From the NCBI GenBank assembly GCA_041913065.1, contig JAYSGD010000020.1, forward strand, positions 1,354 to 65,353: 64,000 nt of DNA, given 5' to 3'. Position 1 is the stretch's first letter; the number at the start of each line of letters is the position of its first letter. The notes under the pieces were generated by a model. It made no database searches. It had not been told where the DNA came from and saw only the letters and a list, made by a program, of their open reading frames with translations. Made by a program: the position numbers and the translations under genes. Below are positions 33,347 to 42,666 of the stretch, one piece after another. Source of the DNA: Microvirga sp. Lineage in GTDB: Bacteria; Pseudomonadota; Alphaproteobacteria; Rhizobiales; Beijerinckiaceae.

Positions 33347-34393
33347 ATGAGCATCGGCCTGATTGCCCTGCTGGACGACATCGCCGGCCTTGCCAAGGTC
33401 GCGGCGGCTTCGCTCGATGACGTTACGGCTCAGGCCGCCAAGGCCGGCGCGAAGGCGGCCGGCGTGGTCATCGACGATGCCGCCGTCACGCCGCGCTACG
33501 TGGTGGGGTTTTCGTCCTCACGCGAACTGCCGATCGTCGGCAAGATCGCGGTGGGTTCGCTCAAGAACAAGCTGATCTTTCTCCTTCCCGCAGCCCTGCT
33601 TCTGAGCTTTTTCGCACCCTGGGCGATCACGCCCCTGCTCATGCTCGGCGGCGCCTATCTCTGCTACGAGGGATCGGAAAAGGTGTTCGAGGCGCTGTTC
33701 CCGCACGGCGCGCACCAGCACGAGGCAGCCGTGGGCGAGGCCGTGCAGAGCGCGCAGAGCTTCGAGGACGAGAAGGTGCGCGGCGCCATCAAGACCGACT
33801 TCATTCTCTCCGCCGAGATCATGGCGATCACGCTGGCGACGGTGCCGGAGGCATCGTTCTGGATGCAGGCCGCGGTGCTTGCGGTCGTCGGCATCGGCAT
33901 CACGCTGCTGGTTTACGGCGGTGTGGCGTTGATCGTGAAAGCGGATGATGCGGGCCTTGCGCTTGCCGTCAACGGCAGGCCGGTTTCCAGCCTTCTGAAG
34001 CGCAGCGATGTATCTCCTGGCGCCGGCGATCGCGCGCTTGCTCCCGTCACGCAAGGCTTCGGGCGCGGCCTCGTGCACGCCATGCCGGTTCTCCTGCGCA
34101 TTCTCGGCATCGTCGGCACCGCGGCGATGATCTGGGTCGGCGGCGGCATCATCATTCATGGCATGGAAGGCTACGGCTTCGCCGGCTTGGGGCACGCCAT
34201 CCACGACGTCGCGGCCGCTGCCGGTCATGCCGTTCCTTCTCTCGGCGGCGCGATCGAGTGGATCGTCTCCGCCGCTGCCGCAGGCCTCTTCGGCCTTGTC
34301 CTGGGTGCGGTGCTGATCCCGCTCGTTCACTACTCCGCCGTTCTGCTGCGCAGCCTGCGCGGCACGGGGAAGAAGGCAAACAAGCATGCCTAA
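33347..34393 (+). CDS. DUF808 (YedI-like) membrane protein
   Basis: MSIGLIALLDDIAGLAKVAAASLDDV...KTDFILSAEIM. GGGAGA Shine-Dalgarno upstream. Confidence 0.85.
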   Translation: MSIGLIALLDDIAGLAKVAAASLDDVTAQAAKAGAKAAGVVIDDAAVTPRYVVGFSSSRELPIVGKIAVGSLKNKLIFLLPAALLLSFFAPWAITPLLMLGGAYLCYEGSEKVFEALFPHGAHQHEAAVGEAVQSAQSFEDEKVRGAIKTDFILSAEIMAITLATVPEASFWMQAAVLAVVGIGITLLVYGGVALIVKADDAGLALAVNGRPVSSLLKRSDVSPGAGDRALAPVTQGFGRGLVHAMPVLLRILGIVGTAAMIWVGGGIIIHGMEGYGFAGLGHAIHDVAAAAGHAVPSLGGAIEWIVSAAAAGLFGLVLGAVLIPLVHYSAVLLRSLRGTGKKANKHA

Positions 34394-34445
34394 CGAAAAA
34401 GGGGCCGCCCGATGAGCGGCCCCTTTGCGCTATGAGCGCTAAAGC

Positions 34446-36629
34446 TCAGAGCTTGCCGAGCTTCATGAACTGCGTCTCGCCCGAGGAGTCGTTGACGCCG
34501 TCATTGTCGGTGACGATGTAGGCATCGCCTGCCGCATCGATGGCGAAGCTCTCCACCTTGTCGAGCACGTAGCCCTTGGCGACATTGAGATCGGGCAGGA
34601 GATCGCGAAGCATCGTCTTCTTCACCACCGGCAGTTCACCGCCGAGCGCGACGGGCTTCATATCGGCGAGAGAAACGGAATAGAGCTTCTTGCGCTTCGC
34701 CTTCTCGGCGATCTGGTTGTCGCGCTCGATGATGATGACGCGCTCGCCCACAGCCGTGATTTCGGACAGGCCGACCCAGCCTTCTTCCGTCGTGTCGAGC
34801 GGATAGCGCACCGCGCCCCAGCTCTTGTCCGACGGCTTGTAGGCCAAGAGCTTCACGGTGTCCTTGGAGTCGTCCGCCCATTCGCGCTGCACGGCGAGCC
34901 AGACGATTTCATCCGCGCCGGAGCCGGTGACCGTCACGCCCTCGACGCCGTAGTTCTTCGCGCCTTCTTCGAGAGCGGCGGGCAGCGAAACTTCCTCCTG
35001 GATCGCGCCCTTGGCATCGACACGAACAAGCAAGTTCTTCACGCCCTTCGGAACGTTGCCTTCCGATGCGAGCCAGAAGCCGCCGTCGCTTGCAAGCGCC
35101 ACGCCTTCGAGGTCGAGCTTTTCGGCGGCCTGCCCGTTACGCGTCACGAGCGTTTCCGCCGTGATCAGTGCGGGCTTTTGCGTAGCGTCGATGGTGAGGA
35201 TGCGCGGCGCGCCGCCATAGGCGCTGTCCGTGATCGCATAGAGCTTTCCTGCCTGAGACTTGTCGGCGGCAATGCCGGAGAGAGCGCCCCAGGCAATCGG
35301 AAGGCCCTGGCCGTTCCTGGCCGAGCGGATCGTGGGATAGGCGGGCGCTGCGCGCTCGGCACGTTGATAGATCATCACATGCGGAGCAACGCCGCCTTCC
35401 ACATGCAGAGGCGTCTCGCTCGTGGCCACGAACAGGTTGCGCGAGGGGATGGCGATCAGGCCTTCAGGGCCGACGCCCGTGGGGAGAACCTGCACGAGTT
35501 CGGGAGCAGCGCCCGTATCGCGGTAGACACCGACCACGGAGCCGCGCTCGGAGCCCACGAAGATCAGGTTGTCCTGGCCGAAGCGGGCAGCCTCGATGCC
35601 TTCGATCTCGATGCCCTTCTTGTTGCGGCTCTCGGGATAATGTCCGAGCGAGACGAGTTCATGCTCCAGGCTCGCGCCGGATTCGTATGAAACGCTGCCG
35701 TCCTTGTTGAAGATGGTGAAACCGCGCGAACCGCCCTTCCAATCGCCTTCATTGGCGGTGGCGAAACGGTTGTCGTCGATCCAGTGCACGCCGTCGGGCT
35801 CGCGCACCACGCCGTTCATGGAACCGCTGAGATCGATCCTGCCGTCCTTCTTGGTGTCGATGTTCTTCAGGTCCACCTGACCGGCGGAGAAATGGGATTC
35901 GACCTTGCTGGTCTTTCCATCCACCACGACGATGTGGTTGTTCTCCTGCAGGGTGACGACGATTTTTCCTTCGCCATTCACGTCCACATATTCCGGCTCC
36001 GGATCATCGCCGGCAACAGCCGCAATGCCGGTCATGGCGACCGTCTTGAGCGCCGAGCAGTCGATGGCGCTGCCATTGAGATTGCCGATCACCAACGCGC
36101 CTGCTGGAAGCTGCGGCAGGGCGCCGTCATTCAGCTTCTCGTCGCGCTCGTTCTCGATGGCGATGGCGAGCACGCCCGCATTGGCCGCAACCGAGTCGGG
36201 CTGGCCGGGAAGCGGGCATTCGGAAGCGATCTTAAGGCCCGCCAGATCCACCAGCACCAGCTTGCCGCTCGGGCTCGTGTAGCTCTCCGAGGTGTTGACG
36301 GCGACGAAGGCGGTGCCGCCCACGACCTTCACCGATGTGGGCTCGCCGCCCAGAGCCAGCATGCCGCCGGGCTTCGGCGCGGCCGGATCGGTGATGTCGA
36401 TGAAGCCGAGGCTCTTGCGCGGGCTGTCCGTATAGACGAGCAGGTTGCCGTCCTCGCTCGCGGACATGATCTCCGCCACCGTCTCGCTCTTCTTGTCCGC
36501 ATCGCCGGGCAGGTTGGCGGTGATCGGAAAACTGGCGATCCGGTCGAAATATTCGGCTGCTGAAGCGTTAAGAGCAGTACCCGACAGCAAAACGGCTGCA
36601 AGAGAGCCGACAGCGAGTGAGCGATGCAT
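34446..36629 (-). CDS. large secreted beta-propeller protein with C-terminal phytase-like esterase domain
   Basis: 727 aa with a signal peptide ending NASA-AEY. The N-terminal half is repeat-rich and propeller-like. The C-terminal half has LDLEGVALASDGGFWLASEGN, as in 'esterase-like activity of phytase' proteins. The assignment is from memory. Confidence 0.6.
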   Translation of the reverse strand: MHRSLAVGSLAAVLLSGTALNASAAEYFDRIASFPITANLPGDADKKSETVAEIMSASEDGNLLVYTDSPRKSLGFIDITDPAAPKPGGMLALGGEPTSVKVVGGTAFVAVNTSESYTSPSGKLVLVDLAGLKIASECPLPGQPDSVAANAGVLAIAIENERDEKLNDGALPQLPAGALVIGNLNGSAIDCSALKTVAMTGIAAVAGDDPEPEYVDVNGEGKIVVTLQENNHIVVVDGKTSKVESHFSAGQVDLKNIDTKKDGRIDLSGSMNGVVREPDGVHWIDDNRFATANEGDWKGGSRGFTIFNKDGSVSYESGASLEHELVSLGHYPESRNKKGIEIEGIEAARFGQDNLIFVGSERGSVVGVYRDTGAAPELVQVLPTGVGPEGLIAIPSRNLFVATSETPLHVEGGVAPHVMIYQRAERAAPAYPTIRSARNGQGLPIAWGALSGIAADKSQAGKLYAITDSAYGGAPRILTIDATQKPALITAETLVTRNGQAAEKLDLEGVALASDGGFWLASEGNVPKGVKNLLVRVDAKGAIQEEVSLPAALEEGAKNYGVEGVTVTGSGADEIVWLAVQREWADDSKDTVKLLAYKPSDKSWGAVRYPLDTTEEGWVGLSEITAVGERVIIIERDNQIAEKAKRKKLYSVSLADMKPVALGGELPVVKKTMLRDLLPDLNVAKGYVLDKVESFAIDAAGDAYIVTDNDGVNDSSGETQFMKLGKL

Positions 36630-36755
36630 GATATCCCCGCGATATGGTTGAGCTTGGCAAGGCTCTCATGCGTCAATCTCATGACGGGTGGATGACGGCA
36701 GGGAGAAGCGCCCCCACCCTTTCAATTTCCGCACTTTTGTACCATATTCGTTCCC

Positions 36756-39461
36756 ATGGCCAAATCACCCAAGAAGCCCAAGCTTTCCACCGGGAAAGCC
36801 TCCAAGCCTGAGCTCAAGCCGCTCGATCCGTACCTCGCAGATCTCCTCAATCCCGCCGTCAACCGGGAGCGGGAGGCGGCGGAGGGCTTTGCCGAGCGCG
36901 CGCAGGAAACCTTCATCCACGGCGACATCACGGATGTCGACCCGGCACTCGCCAAGAAGCTTGGCCTGAAGGGTCCCGACGATGGACCGGATGTGGCGAA
37001 CGAGTTAGGCGACCTGACGACGGAATCGGGTTTCTCGGCCACCGTCGATGCGCTCTCGAAGCTGCTTACGGAAGGCGATCCGCGCTTCAAGAACGGCAAG
37101 GCCTGGGTGCCGCACCGCCCGCCCCGGCCCGAGAAGTCGGAAGGCGGCATCCCGTTCAAGATCAAGTCGGATTTCCAGCCAGCGGGTGATCAGCCCACCG
37201 CGATCCGCGAGCTGGTGGACGGCGTGCGCCGTGCCGAGCGCGATCAGGTGCTTCTCGGCGTCACCGGCTCGGGCAAGACCTTCACCATGGCCAAGGTGAT
37301 CGAGGAGACGCAGCGCCCGGCGCTCATCCTCGCGCCGAACAAGACGCTGGCGGCCCAGCTCTACGGCGAGTTCAAGTCGTTCTTCCCAGACAACGCGGTG
37401 GAATATTTCGTTTCGTACTACGACTATTACCAGCCTGAAGCCTATGTGCCGCGCTCGGACACCTTCATCGAGAAGGAAAGCTCCATCAACGAGCAGATCG
37501 ACCGCATGCGCCACTCGGCGACGCGCGCGCTGCTCGAACGCGATGACGTGATCATCGTCGCCTCCGTGTCGTGCATCTACGGTATCGGCTCGGTGGAAAC
37601 CTATACCGCCATGACCTTCTCCGTGAAGGTGGGCGAGAAGATCGAGCAGCGCCAGCTCATCGCGGATCTCGTGGCCTTGCAGTACAAGCGCATCCAGAGC
37701 GACTTCGCCCGCGGCACCTTCCGCGTGCGCGGCGACGTGATCGAGCTGTTTCCGGCGCACTTGGAGGATCGCGCCTGGCGCATCGGCCTCTTCGGCGACG
37801 AGATCGAGAGCATCGTCGAGTTCGATCCGCTCACCGGCAAGAAGACCAACGATCTGCAATTCGTGAAGGTCTACGCGAACTCGCACTACGTGACGCCGCG
37901 TCCGACCTTGCAGCAGGCCGTGAAAGGCATCCAGGACGAATTGCAGCACCGCCTGCAGGAGCTCGCCCGCATGGGCCGCCTATTGGAAGCGCAGCGCCTG
38001 GAGCAGCGCACGCAGTTCGACCTCGAAATGATCGAGGCCACCGGCGTGTGCAACGGCATCGAGAACTACTCGCGCTATCTCACGGGCCGCAAGCCCGGCG
38101 AGCCGCCGCCGACCCTGTTCGAATACCTGCCCGACAACGCTCTCGTGTTCACGGACGAGAGCCACGTCACCGTGCCGCAGATCGGCGGCATGTACCGCGG
38201 CGACTTCCGCCGCAAGGCGACGCTCGCGGAATACGGCTTCCGCCTCCCCTCCTGCCTCGACAACCGCCCGCTGCGCTTCGAGGAATGGGACGCCATGCGC
38301 CCGCAATCGATCCACGTGTCGGCCACGCCGCAGAAATGGGAAATGGAGCAGACCGGCGGCGTGTTCGTGGAGCAGGTCATTCGCCCGACGGGCCTCGTCG
38401 ATCCGATCGTCGAGATCCGTCCCGCGCGAAGCCAGGTGGACGACCTCGTGCATGAGGTGAAGGAGTTGTCCGCGCAGGGCTACCGCACGCTCGTGACCAC
38501 GCTCACCAAGCGCATGGCCGAGGACCTCACGGAGTACATGCACGAGAACGGCATCCGCGTGCGCTACATGCACTCGGACATCGACACGCTGGAGCGCATC
38601 GAGATCATCCGCGACCTGCGACTCGGCGCCTTCGACGTGCTCATCGGCATCAACCTGCTGCGCGAGGGCCTCGACATTCCGGAATGCGCGCTCGTCGCCA
38701 TTCTCGATGCGGACAAGGAGGGCTTCCTGCGCTCAGAGACGTCGCTGGTGCAGACCATCGGCCGCGCGGCGCGTAACGTGGAAGGAAAGGCCATCCTCTA
38801 CGCCGACAAGATCACCGGCTCCATGGAGCGCGCGATTGCGGAGACGAACCGCCGCCGCGAGAAGCAGTTGGCCTACAACGCCGAGCACGGCATCACGCCG
38901 CAAAGCGTAAAGAAGAACATCGCCGACATCCTGGAGAGCGTCTACGAGCGCGATCACGTCTCCGTCGATACGGGCCTCGCCGACAAGACCGTCGGTCACA
39001 ACCTCAAGGCCGTCATCGCGGATATGGAAAAGCGCATGCGCGAAGCCGCCGCGAACCTGGAATTCGAGGAAGCCGCGCGGCTGCGCGACGAGCTCAAGCG
39101 CCTTCAGGCCACCGAGCTTGCCATCAGCGACGATCCCATGGCGCGGCAGTCCGATGTGGAGCGCGATGCAGGCAAGTATGGCGGCTCGCGCAAATACGGC
39201 CGCAACGCCAACCTGCCCCCGAAAGGCCTGCCGCCTTCCGGCGAAGGAGCGGCCCAGGGCGACGAGGATTCGGATGCCTACGGCCCGCTCGGCAAGGGCC
39301 GCTCCGACGAGGGCACCCGTATCCGCAAGCCCGGTCTCGACGAGATGGGGCCTGGAACGGATCGCGAGATCCCGCTGAACTATCGCGAGCGTCCGGCTGC
39401 CCGCTCGACTCAAGGGTTCGCGGGGCAGAAGCCGAAATACAAAGGGAGGAAGGGGCGCTAA
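36756..39461 (+). CDS. uvrB: excinuclease ABC subunit B with long N- and C-terminal extensions
   Basis: [15 protein letters not shown], Walker [10 protein letters not shown], helicase motifs and the UVR domain [14 protein letters not shown] are present. About 130 aa precede the canonical N-terminus and about 100 low-complexity aa follow the UVR domain. Confidence 0.93.
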   Translation: MAKSPKKPKLSTGKASKPELKPLDPYLADLLNPAVNREREAAEGFAERAQETFIHGDITDVDPALAKKLGLKGPDDGPDVANELGDLTTESGFSATVDALSKLLTEGDPRFKNGKAWVPHRPPRPEKSEGGIPFKIKSDFQPAGDQPTAIRELVDGVRRAERDQVLLGVTGSGKTFTMAKVIEETQRPALILAPNKTLAAQLYGEFKSFFPDNAVEYFVSYYDYYQPEAYVPRSDTFIEKESSINEQIDRMRHSATRALLERDDVIIVASVSCIYGIGSVETYTAMTFSVKVGEKIEQRQLIADLVALQYKRIQSDFARGTFRVRGDVIELFPAHLEDRAWRIGLFGDEIESIVEFDPLTGKKTNDLQFVKVYANSHYVTPRPTLQQAVKGIQDELQHRLQELARMGRLLEAQRLEQRTQFDLEMIEATGVCNGIENYSRYLTGRKPGEPPPTLFEYLPDNALVFTDESHVTVPQIGGMYRGDFRRKATLAEYGFRLPSCLDNRPLRFEEWDAMRPQSIHVSATPQKWEMEQTGGVFVEQVIRPTGLVDPIVEIRPARSQVDDLVHEVKELSAQGYRTLVTTLTKRMAEDLTEYMHENGIRVRYMHSDIDTLERIEIIRDLRLGAFDVLIGINLLREGLDIPECALVAILDADKEGFLRSETSLVQTIGRAARNVEGKAILYADKITGSMERAIAETNRRREKQLAYNAEHGITPQSVKKNIADILESVYERDHVSVDTGLADKTVGHNLKAVIADMEKRMREAAANLEFEEAARLRDELKRLQATELAISDDPMARQSDVERDAGKYGGSRKYGRNANLPPKGLPPSGEGAAQGDEDSDAYGPLGKGRSDEGTRIRKPGLDEMGPGTDREIPLNYRERPAARSTQGFAGQKPKYKGRKGR

Positions 39462-39477
39462 GCGCCCCTTTTATTTG
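39452..39477 (+). terminator. Rho-independent terminator of uvrB
   Basis: GGGGCGC taa GCGCCCC TTTTATTT. The loop contains the stop codon. Confidence 0.7.
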
Positions 39478-39501
39478 GGCTCCTTCGCCCCAAAGTCGGG
39501 A

Positions 39502-39542
39502 GGCCCCGTCGTGCCGCTAAGGGGATAACAGCCGACGGGGCC
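39502..39542. repeat. hairpin repeat A with CCGCTAAGGGG motif
   Basis: GGCCCCGTCG/CGACGGGGCC 10-bp stem with a 21-nt loop that contains CCGCTAAGGGG (39514-39524). Confidence 0.6.
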
Positions 39543-39732
39543 TGCCCTTTCTGATCCCGTCTCGGAGGATCAATGGTCCGGTCCGGCGTGCACGGCCGAG
39601 AGGTCGAGCGGCCATGAGGGCACCTGATCGTCTCGGTTGCGGAGGCGAACCGCAATCGAGAATACATTGGGCTTTATATTTTGCAACCAAAGGATGCATA
39701 GAGCATCGGGCAGAACTGCCGGTTCGGGAACG

Positions 39733-39767
39733 CCCCGTCATCCGCTAAGGGGCGACGGATGACGGGG
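39733..39767. repeat. hairpin repeat B with CCGCTAAGGGG motif
   Basis: CCCCGTCATCCG/CGGATGACGGGG 12-bp stem. The motif CCGCTAAGGGG lies at 39742-39752. The flanks (CGGGA..CCCCGTC and GACGGGGCC..CTTTC) are homologous to repeat A. Confidence 0.6.
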
Positions 39768-39960
39768 GCCTTTCCTGCCGCTGGGCGCCAGGAAAGATAG
39801 CCTCACCCCTCAAGCGGAAGCACCGGCATGAGTTTTGGGGGAGCCATGCCTGCCCTTCCGTGAGCCCTTAAAGGGCGACGCGGAATTGTAGATAGGGCGG
39901 GCTCCCGCCCGCCGATGTGCGTGGGCACACAAGCTCGGCAGTCGCGCGAGGGGATGTGTT

Positions 39961-39996
39961 CGAAAACGACGATGGCCGGAGCATGCTCCGGCCATC
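39961..39996 (-). terminator. Rho-independent terminator of the DUF3309 gene
   Basis: A perfect 26-nt palindrome GATGGCCGGAGCATGCTCCGGCCATC lies at 39971-39996. On the minus strand it is followed by GTCGTTTTCG. Confidence 0.6.
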
Positions 39997-40023
39997 GCAG
40001 ACATATGAGGGCCGATTGACCCG

Positions 40024-40182
40024 TCAGATTCGTCCCAGCAGCAGCAGGATGATGAGGATCAGCAGGATCACGCCGAGCAGGCCGCTCGGGCCGTAACCCC
40101 AACCGCGGCTGTAGGGCCATGCCGGTACGGCGCCGATCAAGAGCAGAATGATGAGAATGAGAAGAATTGTGCTGAGTGCCAT
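40024..40182 (-). CDS. DUF3309 small membrane protein (52 aa)
   Basis: MALSTILLILIILLLIGAVPAWPYSRGWGYGPSGLLGVILLILIILLLLGRI. GGAGG Shine-Dalgarno upstream. Confidence 0.75.
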   Translation of the reverse strand: MALSTILLILIILLLIGAVPAWPYSRGWGYGPSGLLGVILLILIILLLLGRI

Positions 40183-40286
40183 GGTTGTCGCCTCCTGTTG
40201 GTTCCTGCCAGGCCCTCGACCGAAGCCCAGGATGCGGGGCTCAACCATCGGTCGATGATCCGGCAAAGATCACTCTGTTGCAGGGA

Positions 40287-40311
40287 AACTTGACCGTAAG
40301 GATTAAGTTCC
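40287..40311 (-). promoter_or_regulatory. EcfG-like promoter, near match (GGAAC-N16-AGTT)
   Basis: On the minus strand GGAAC (40311-40307), N16, AGTT (40290-40287), upstream of the DUF3309 gene. Confidence 0.3.
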
Positions 40312-40423
40312 ACGCGCCATCGAAAGAGCTGTGGGCAGGGCACGACGGAATGCCTGCCCGGGCCGGAGAAAGCATCGGACCGATCGCAAGATGCAGATCC
40401 ACTTTCGGGTCGGATGCCGTGGC

Positions 40424-40448
40424 GGAACGATCGAGATGGCTTGACGTT
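40424..40448 (+). promoter_or_regulatory. EcfG-dependent (general stress response) promoter of nepR-ecfG
   Basis: GGAACgatcgagatggcttgaCGTT is a perfect GGAAC-N16-CGTT. It lies 62 nt upstream of the nepR ATG, the expected autoregulated position. Confidence 0.75.
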
Positions 40449-40509
40449 AGCATGTCGGCGATTGGGTGCCGCCCTGTGCGTGCCCTCTTAGGGAGGTCGC
40501 CGCTTCTCA

Positions 40510-40755
40510 ATGGATCAGGACGGCCCAATGCAGAAAAAGAACCCCACTCACATACCTCAATTCGATCCCGAGCCGGTTCCCGGCCTTAGAAAATCCTCAT
40601 CGCCAGCACTCAGCCCATCCGTTCAGGCCCAACTCGGCCAACGGCTGCGGCAGTTCTATGAGTCACTCGCTTTGGGTGAACAGCCGGTGCCGGATCGCTT
40701 CATCGAGATCATCAATCAGTTGGATCAGCGTCAGCCGGAGAAGCAGCAATCATGA
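40510..40755 (+). CDS. nepR: NepR-family anti-sigma factor
   Basis: A short protein whose stop overlaps the ecfG start (ATGA). The conserved core is LRQFYESLALGEQPVPDRFIEIINQL. The start could instead be the ATG at 40528. Confidence 0.75.
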   Translation: MDQDGPMQKKNPTHIPQFDPEPVPGLRKSSSPALSPSVQAQLGQRLRQFYESLALGEQPVPDRFIEIINQLDQRQPEKQQS

Positions 40756-41300
40756 GCATCGATCCCGATCTTCGCGATTCAATGCTCAAGGCCACGCCGA
40801 ACCTGCGCGCCTTCGCCATCTCGCTGACGAACAATGTCGACCGCGCGGACGATCTGGTGCAGGAAACATTGATGCGGGCGATCGCCAATATCGACCGCTT
40901 CCAGCCCGGCACCAATATGCAGGCCTGGCTCTTCACCATCCTGCGCAATCTCTTTCACTCCGAATACCGCAAGCGCCGCCGCGAAGTCGAAGATGCGGAC
41001 GGGAAATACGCGGCGGCCCTCTCGGTGCAACCTGATCAACTGCCTCATCTCGATTTCGAGGATTTGCAGAAGGCCCTCGCCCGCCTGCCTCACGACCAGC
41101 GCGAGGCATTGTTGCTCGTCGGCGCGTCGGGCTTCTCGTATGAGCAGGCTGCGGAGATTTGCGGCTGCGCCGTCGGCACCATCAAGAGCCGCGTCAATCG
41201 CGCACGCAACCGCCTCGCGGAGCTGATGCATTTCGAGGACATGGACGAGGATATCGGCCCCGACCGCGTGACCCTCTCGGTGATGCACGCCGTCGCTTAA
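40752..41300 (+). CDS. ecfG: ECF sigma factor of the EcfG (general stress response) group
   Basis: 182 aa. Region 2 is DDLVQETLMRAIANIDRF. Region 4 is QREALLLVGASGFSYEQAAEICGCAVGTIKSRVNRAR. It is preceded by nepR and a GGAAC-N16-CGTT promoter. Confidence 0.85.
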   Translation: MSIDPDLRDSMLKATPNLRAFAISLTNNVDRADDLVQETLMRAIANIDRFQPGTNMQAWLFTILRNLFHSEYRKRRREVEDADGKYAAALSVQPDQLPHLDFEDLQKALARLPHDQREALLLVGASGFSYEQAAEICGCAVGTIKSRVNRARNRLAELMHFEDMDEDIGPDRVTLSVMHAVA

Positions 41301-41413
41301 AGCTTCGCAATCTCTCAAACGCCAAAGCCCGGCAAAGCGGAAACCGCTTCCGGGCTTTCATTCATCGGACATCGGAGAAACGAATGCGCGATCCTTAAGA
41401 TCGCGCAATCAGC

Positions 41414-41695
41414 TTACCGGCGACGGAACTGCTGATTGCCGCGCTGCGGCGGGCGCGGACCGGACGATGCACCCGAGTCCTTGTGGCGGAAGATGAGCCG
41501 GCCCTTTTCGAGGTCGTAGGGCGACATCTCAACGGTCACGCGGTCGCCCGCCAGCGTCTTGATGCGGTTCTTCTTCATCTTGCCGGCGGTATAGGCAATG
41601 ACCTCATGGCCATTGTCGAGCTGCACGCGGTAGCGCGCATCCGGCAGGATCTCGGTCACAAGTCCTTCGAAGGTGATCAGTTCTTCCTTTGCCAT
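41414..41695 (-). CDS. infA: translation initiation factor IF-1 (with a basic C-terminal tail)
   Basis: [72 protein letters not shown]. Confidence 0.95.
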   Translation of the reverse strand: MAKEELITFEGLVTEILPDARYRVQLDNGHEVIAYTAGKMKKNRIKTLAGDRVTVEMSPYDLEKGRLIFRHKDSGASSGPRPPQRGNQQFRRR

Positions 41696-41721
41696 GCAAA
41701 GTCTTCCTCATAACAAAAAAG

Positions 41722-41756
41722 CCGCTCCTCGACCGGAACGGCTGATAGGCAAGAGG
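41722..41756 (-). terminator. Rho-independent terminator after cspA, about 25 nt before the infA ATG
   Basis: On the minus strand AGCCGTTCC ggtcga GGAGCGGCT followed by TTTTTT. A second hairpin GAGGACGTGC/GCACGTCCTC lies just upstream of it. Confidence 0.65.
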
Positions 41757-41787
41757 ACGTGCCAAGCACGTCCTCCGTCATCAAACC

Positions 41788-41997
41788 TTAGACGTTCTGC
41801 AGGTTCACTGCAGAAGTACGACCAGTGCGCTGATCGGTCTGAAGCTCGTAGGCGATCTTCTGACCCTCGCGCAGACCACGCATGCCAGCGCGCTCGAGCG
41901 CCGTAGCATGAACGAAGATGTCCTTGCCGCCGTTGTCGGGCTGAATGAAACCATAGCCCTTGGTTTCATTATACCACTTCACGGTTCCCTGTTCCAT
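41788..41997 (-). CDS. cspA: cold-shock protein (CspA family)
   Basis: [34 protein letters not shown] contains the RNP1 and RNP2 motifs. Confidence 0.95.
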   Translation of the reverse strand: MEQGTVKWYNETKGYGFIQPDNGGKDIFVHATALERAGMRGLREGQKIAYELQTDQRTGRTSAVNLQNV

Positions 41998-42190
41998 GGG
42001 AATTCCTTTCACTGTCGTTTGCACGTGGGTGGGGGCCAAAGCCAAGTTCACCCGCTAGTCGATATTGGTAGAGAAGGAACGTGCGCCCGGCAGTGCCAAA
42101 GCGAAGCAGCCCAGTCGTCCGGCCAAATGTCGATGGCCGCTAAGGTAGGTGAAGGATAGGGCAATTGCAAGGCATTGCGGCTAAGCCTTC

Positions 42191-42451
42191 TTAGGTAGAA
42201 AGGCTACTGCGAATGCCGGAAATGAGGGCTTGCAAGGCCTTCTCGCCGCTGTCCGTGAAATGGATCGCCTCTCCGTCCGCCTCGATGAGCCCCCTGCCCT
42301 GAAGCTCCTCGACGGCCTTGTCGCTCGCCTTGTGACCGGACCCATCCTTCTGGACGACGCTCTTCACCATTTGCCCGCTGGTCAGCTGGTGATAGGCCGC
42401 GAATACGAAAACAGCCAATGCTTCGTCGCTGAGCCCAGACATGTCCGCCAT
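42191..42451 (-). CDS. hypothetical protein (86 aa)
   Basis: ATG preceded by GAGG. MADMSGLSDEALAVFVFAAYHQLTSGQ... No family recognised. Confidence 0.45.
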   Translation of the reverse strand: MADMSGLSDEALAVFVFAAYHQLTSGQMVKSVVQKDGSGHKASDKAVEELQGRGLIEADGEAIHFTDSGEKALQALISGIRSSLST

Positions 42452-42585
42452 CGTCAACCTCGCGTCGGAAACGGTTTCAAGGATCGTGCCCAGGTCAATG
42501 CGGCCCACGGCGCCCAGTTCAAGCGAGGCCGGTCAAAAAGACCGCTTTTCCGGGCTTTCTTGAAGGATCGTGACCGGGGTCCACA

Positions 42586-42610
42586 GGAACGTCCCCATGC
42601 CTGTCACGTT
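42586..42610 (+). promoter_or_regulatory. EcfG-dependent promoter
   Basis: GGAACgtccccatgcctgtcaCGTT is a perfect GGAAC-N16-CGTT, 57 nt upstream of the BON-domain gene. Confidence 0.7.
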
Positions 42611-42666
42611 GGTTTTCGAGCCCGATGAAAGGGGCTATCCATTCCCAAACAACTGAGGAGCGCACC

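Noticed and set aside
36739-36753. LexA-like box GTACCATATTCGTTC directly upstream of uvrB.
   Set aside because: It has one mismatch in the first GTTC half-site and lies 3 nt from the ATG, an odd position for a promoter operator. I keep it only as a note.
39478-39900. Possible CRISPR array or tRNA in the hairpin-rich uvrB spacer.
   Set aside because: There are only two or three imperfect copies at irregular spacing. The repeats are themselves long palindromes. No cas genes are present, and I could not draw a cloverleaf.
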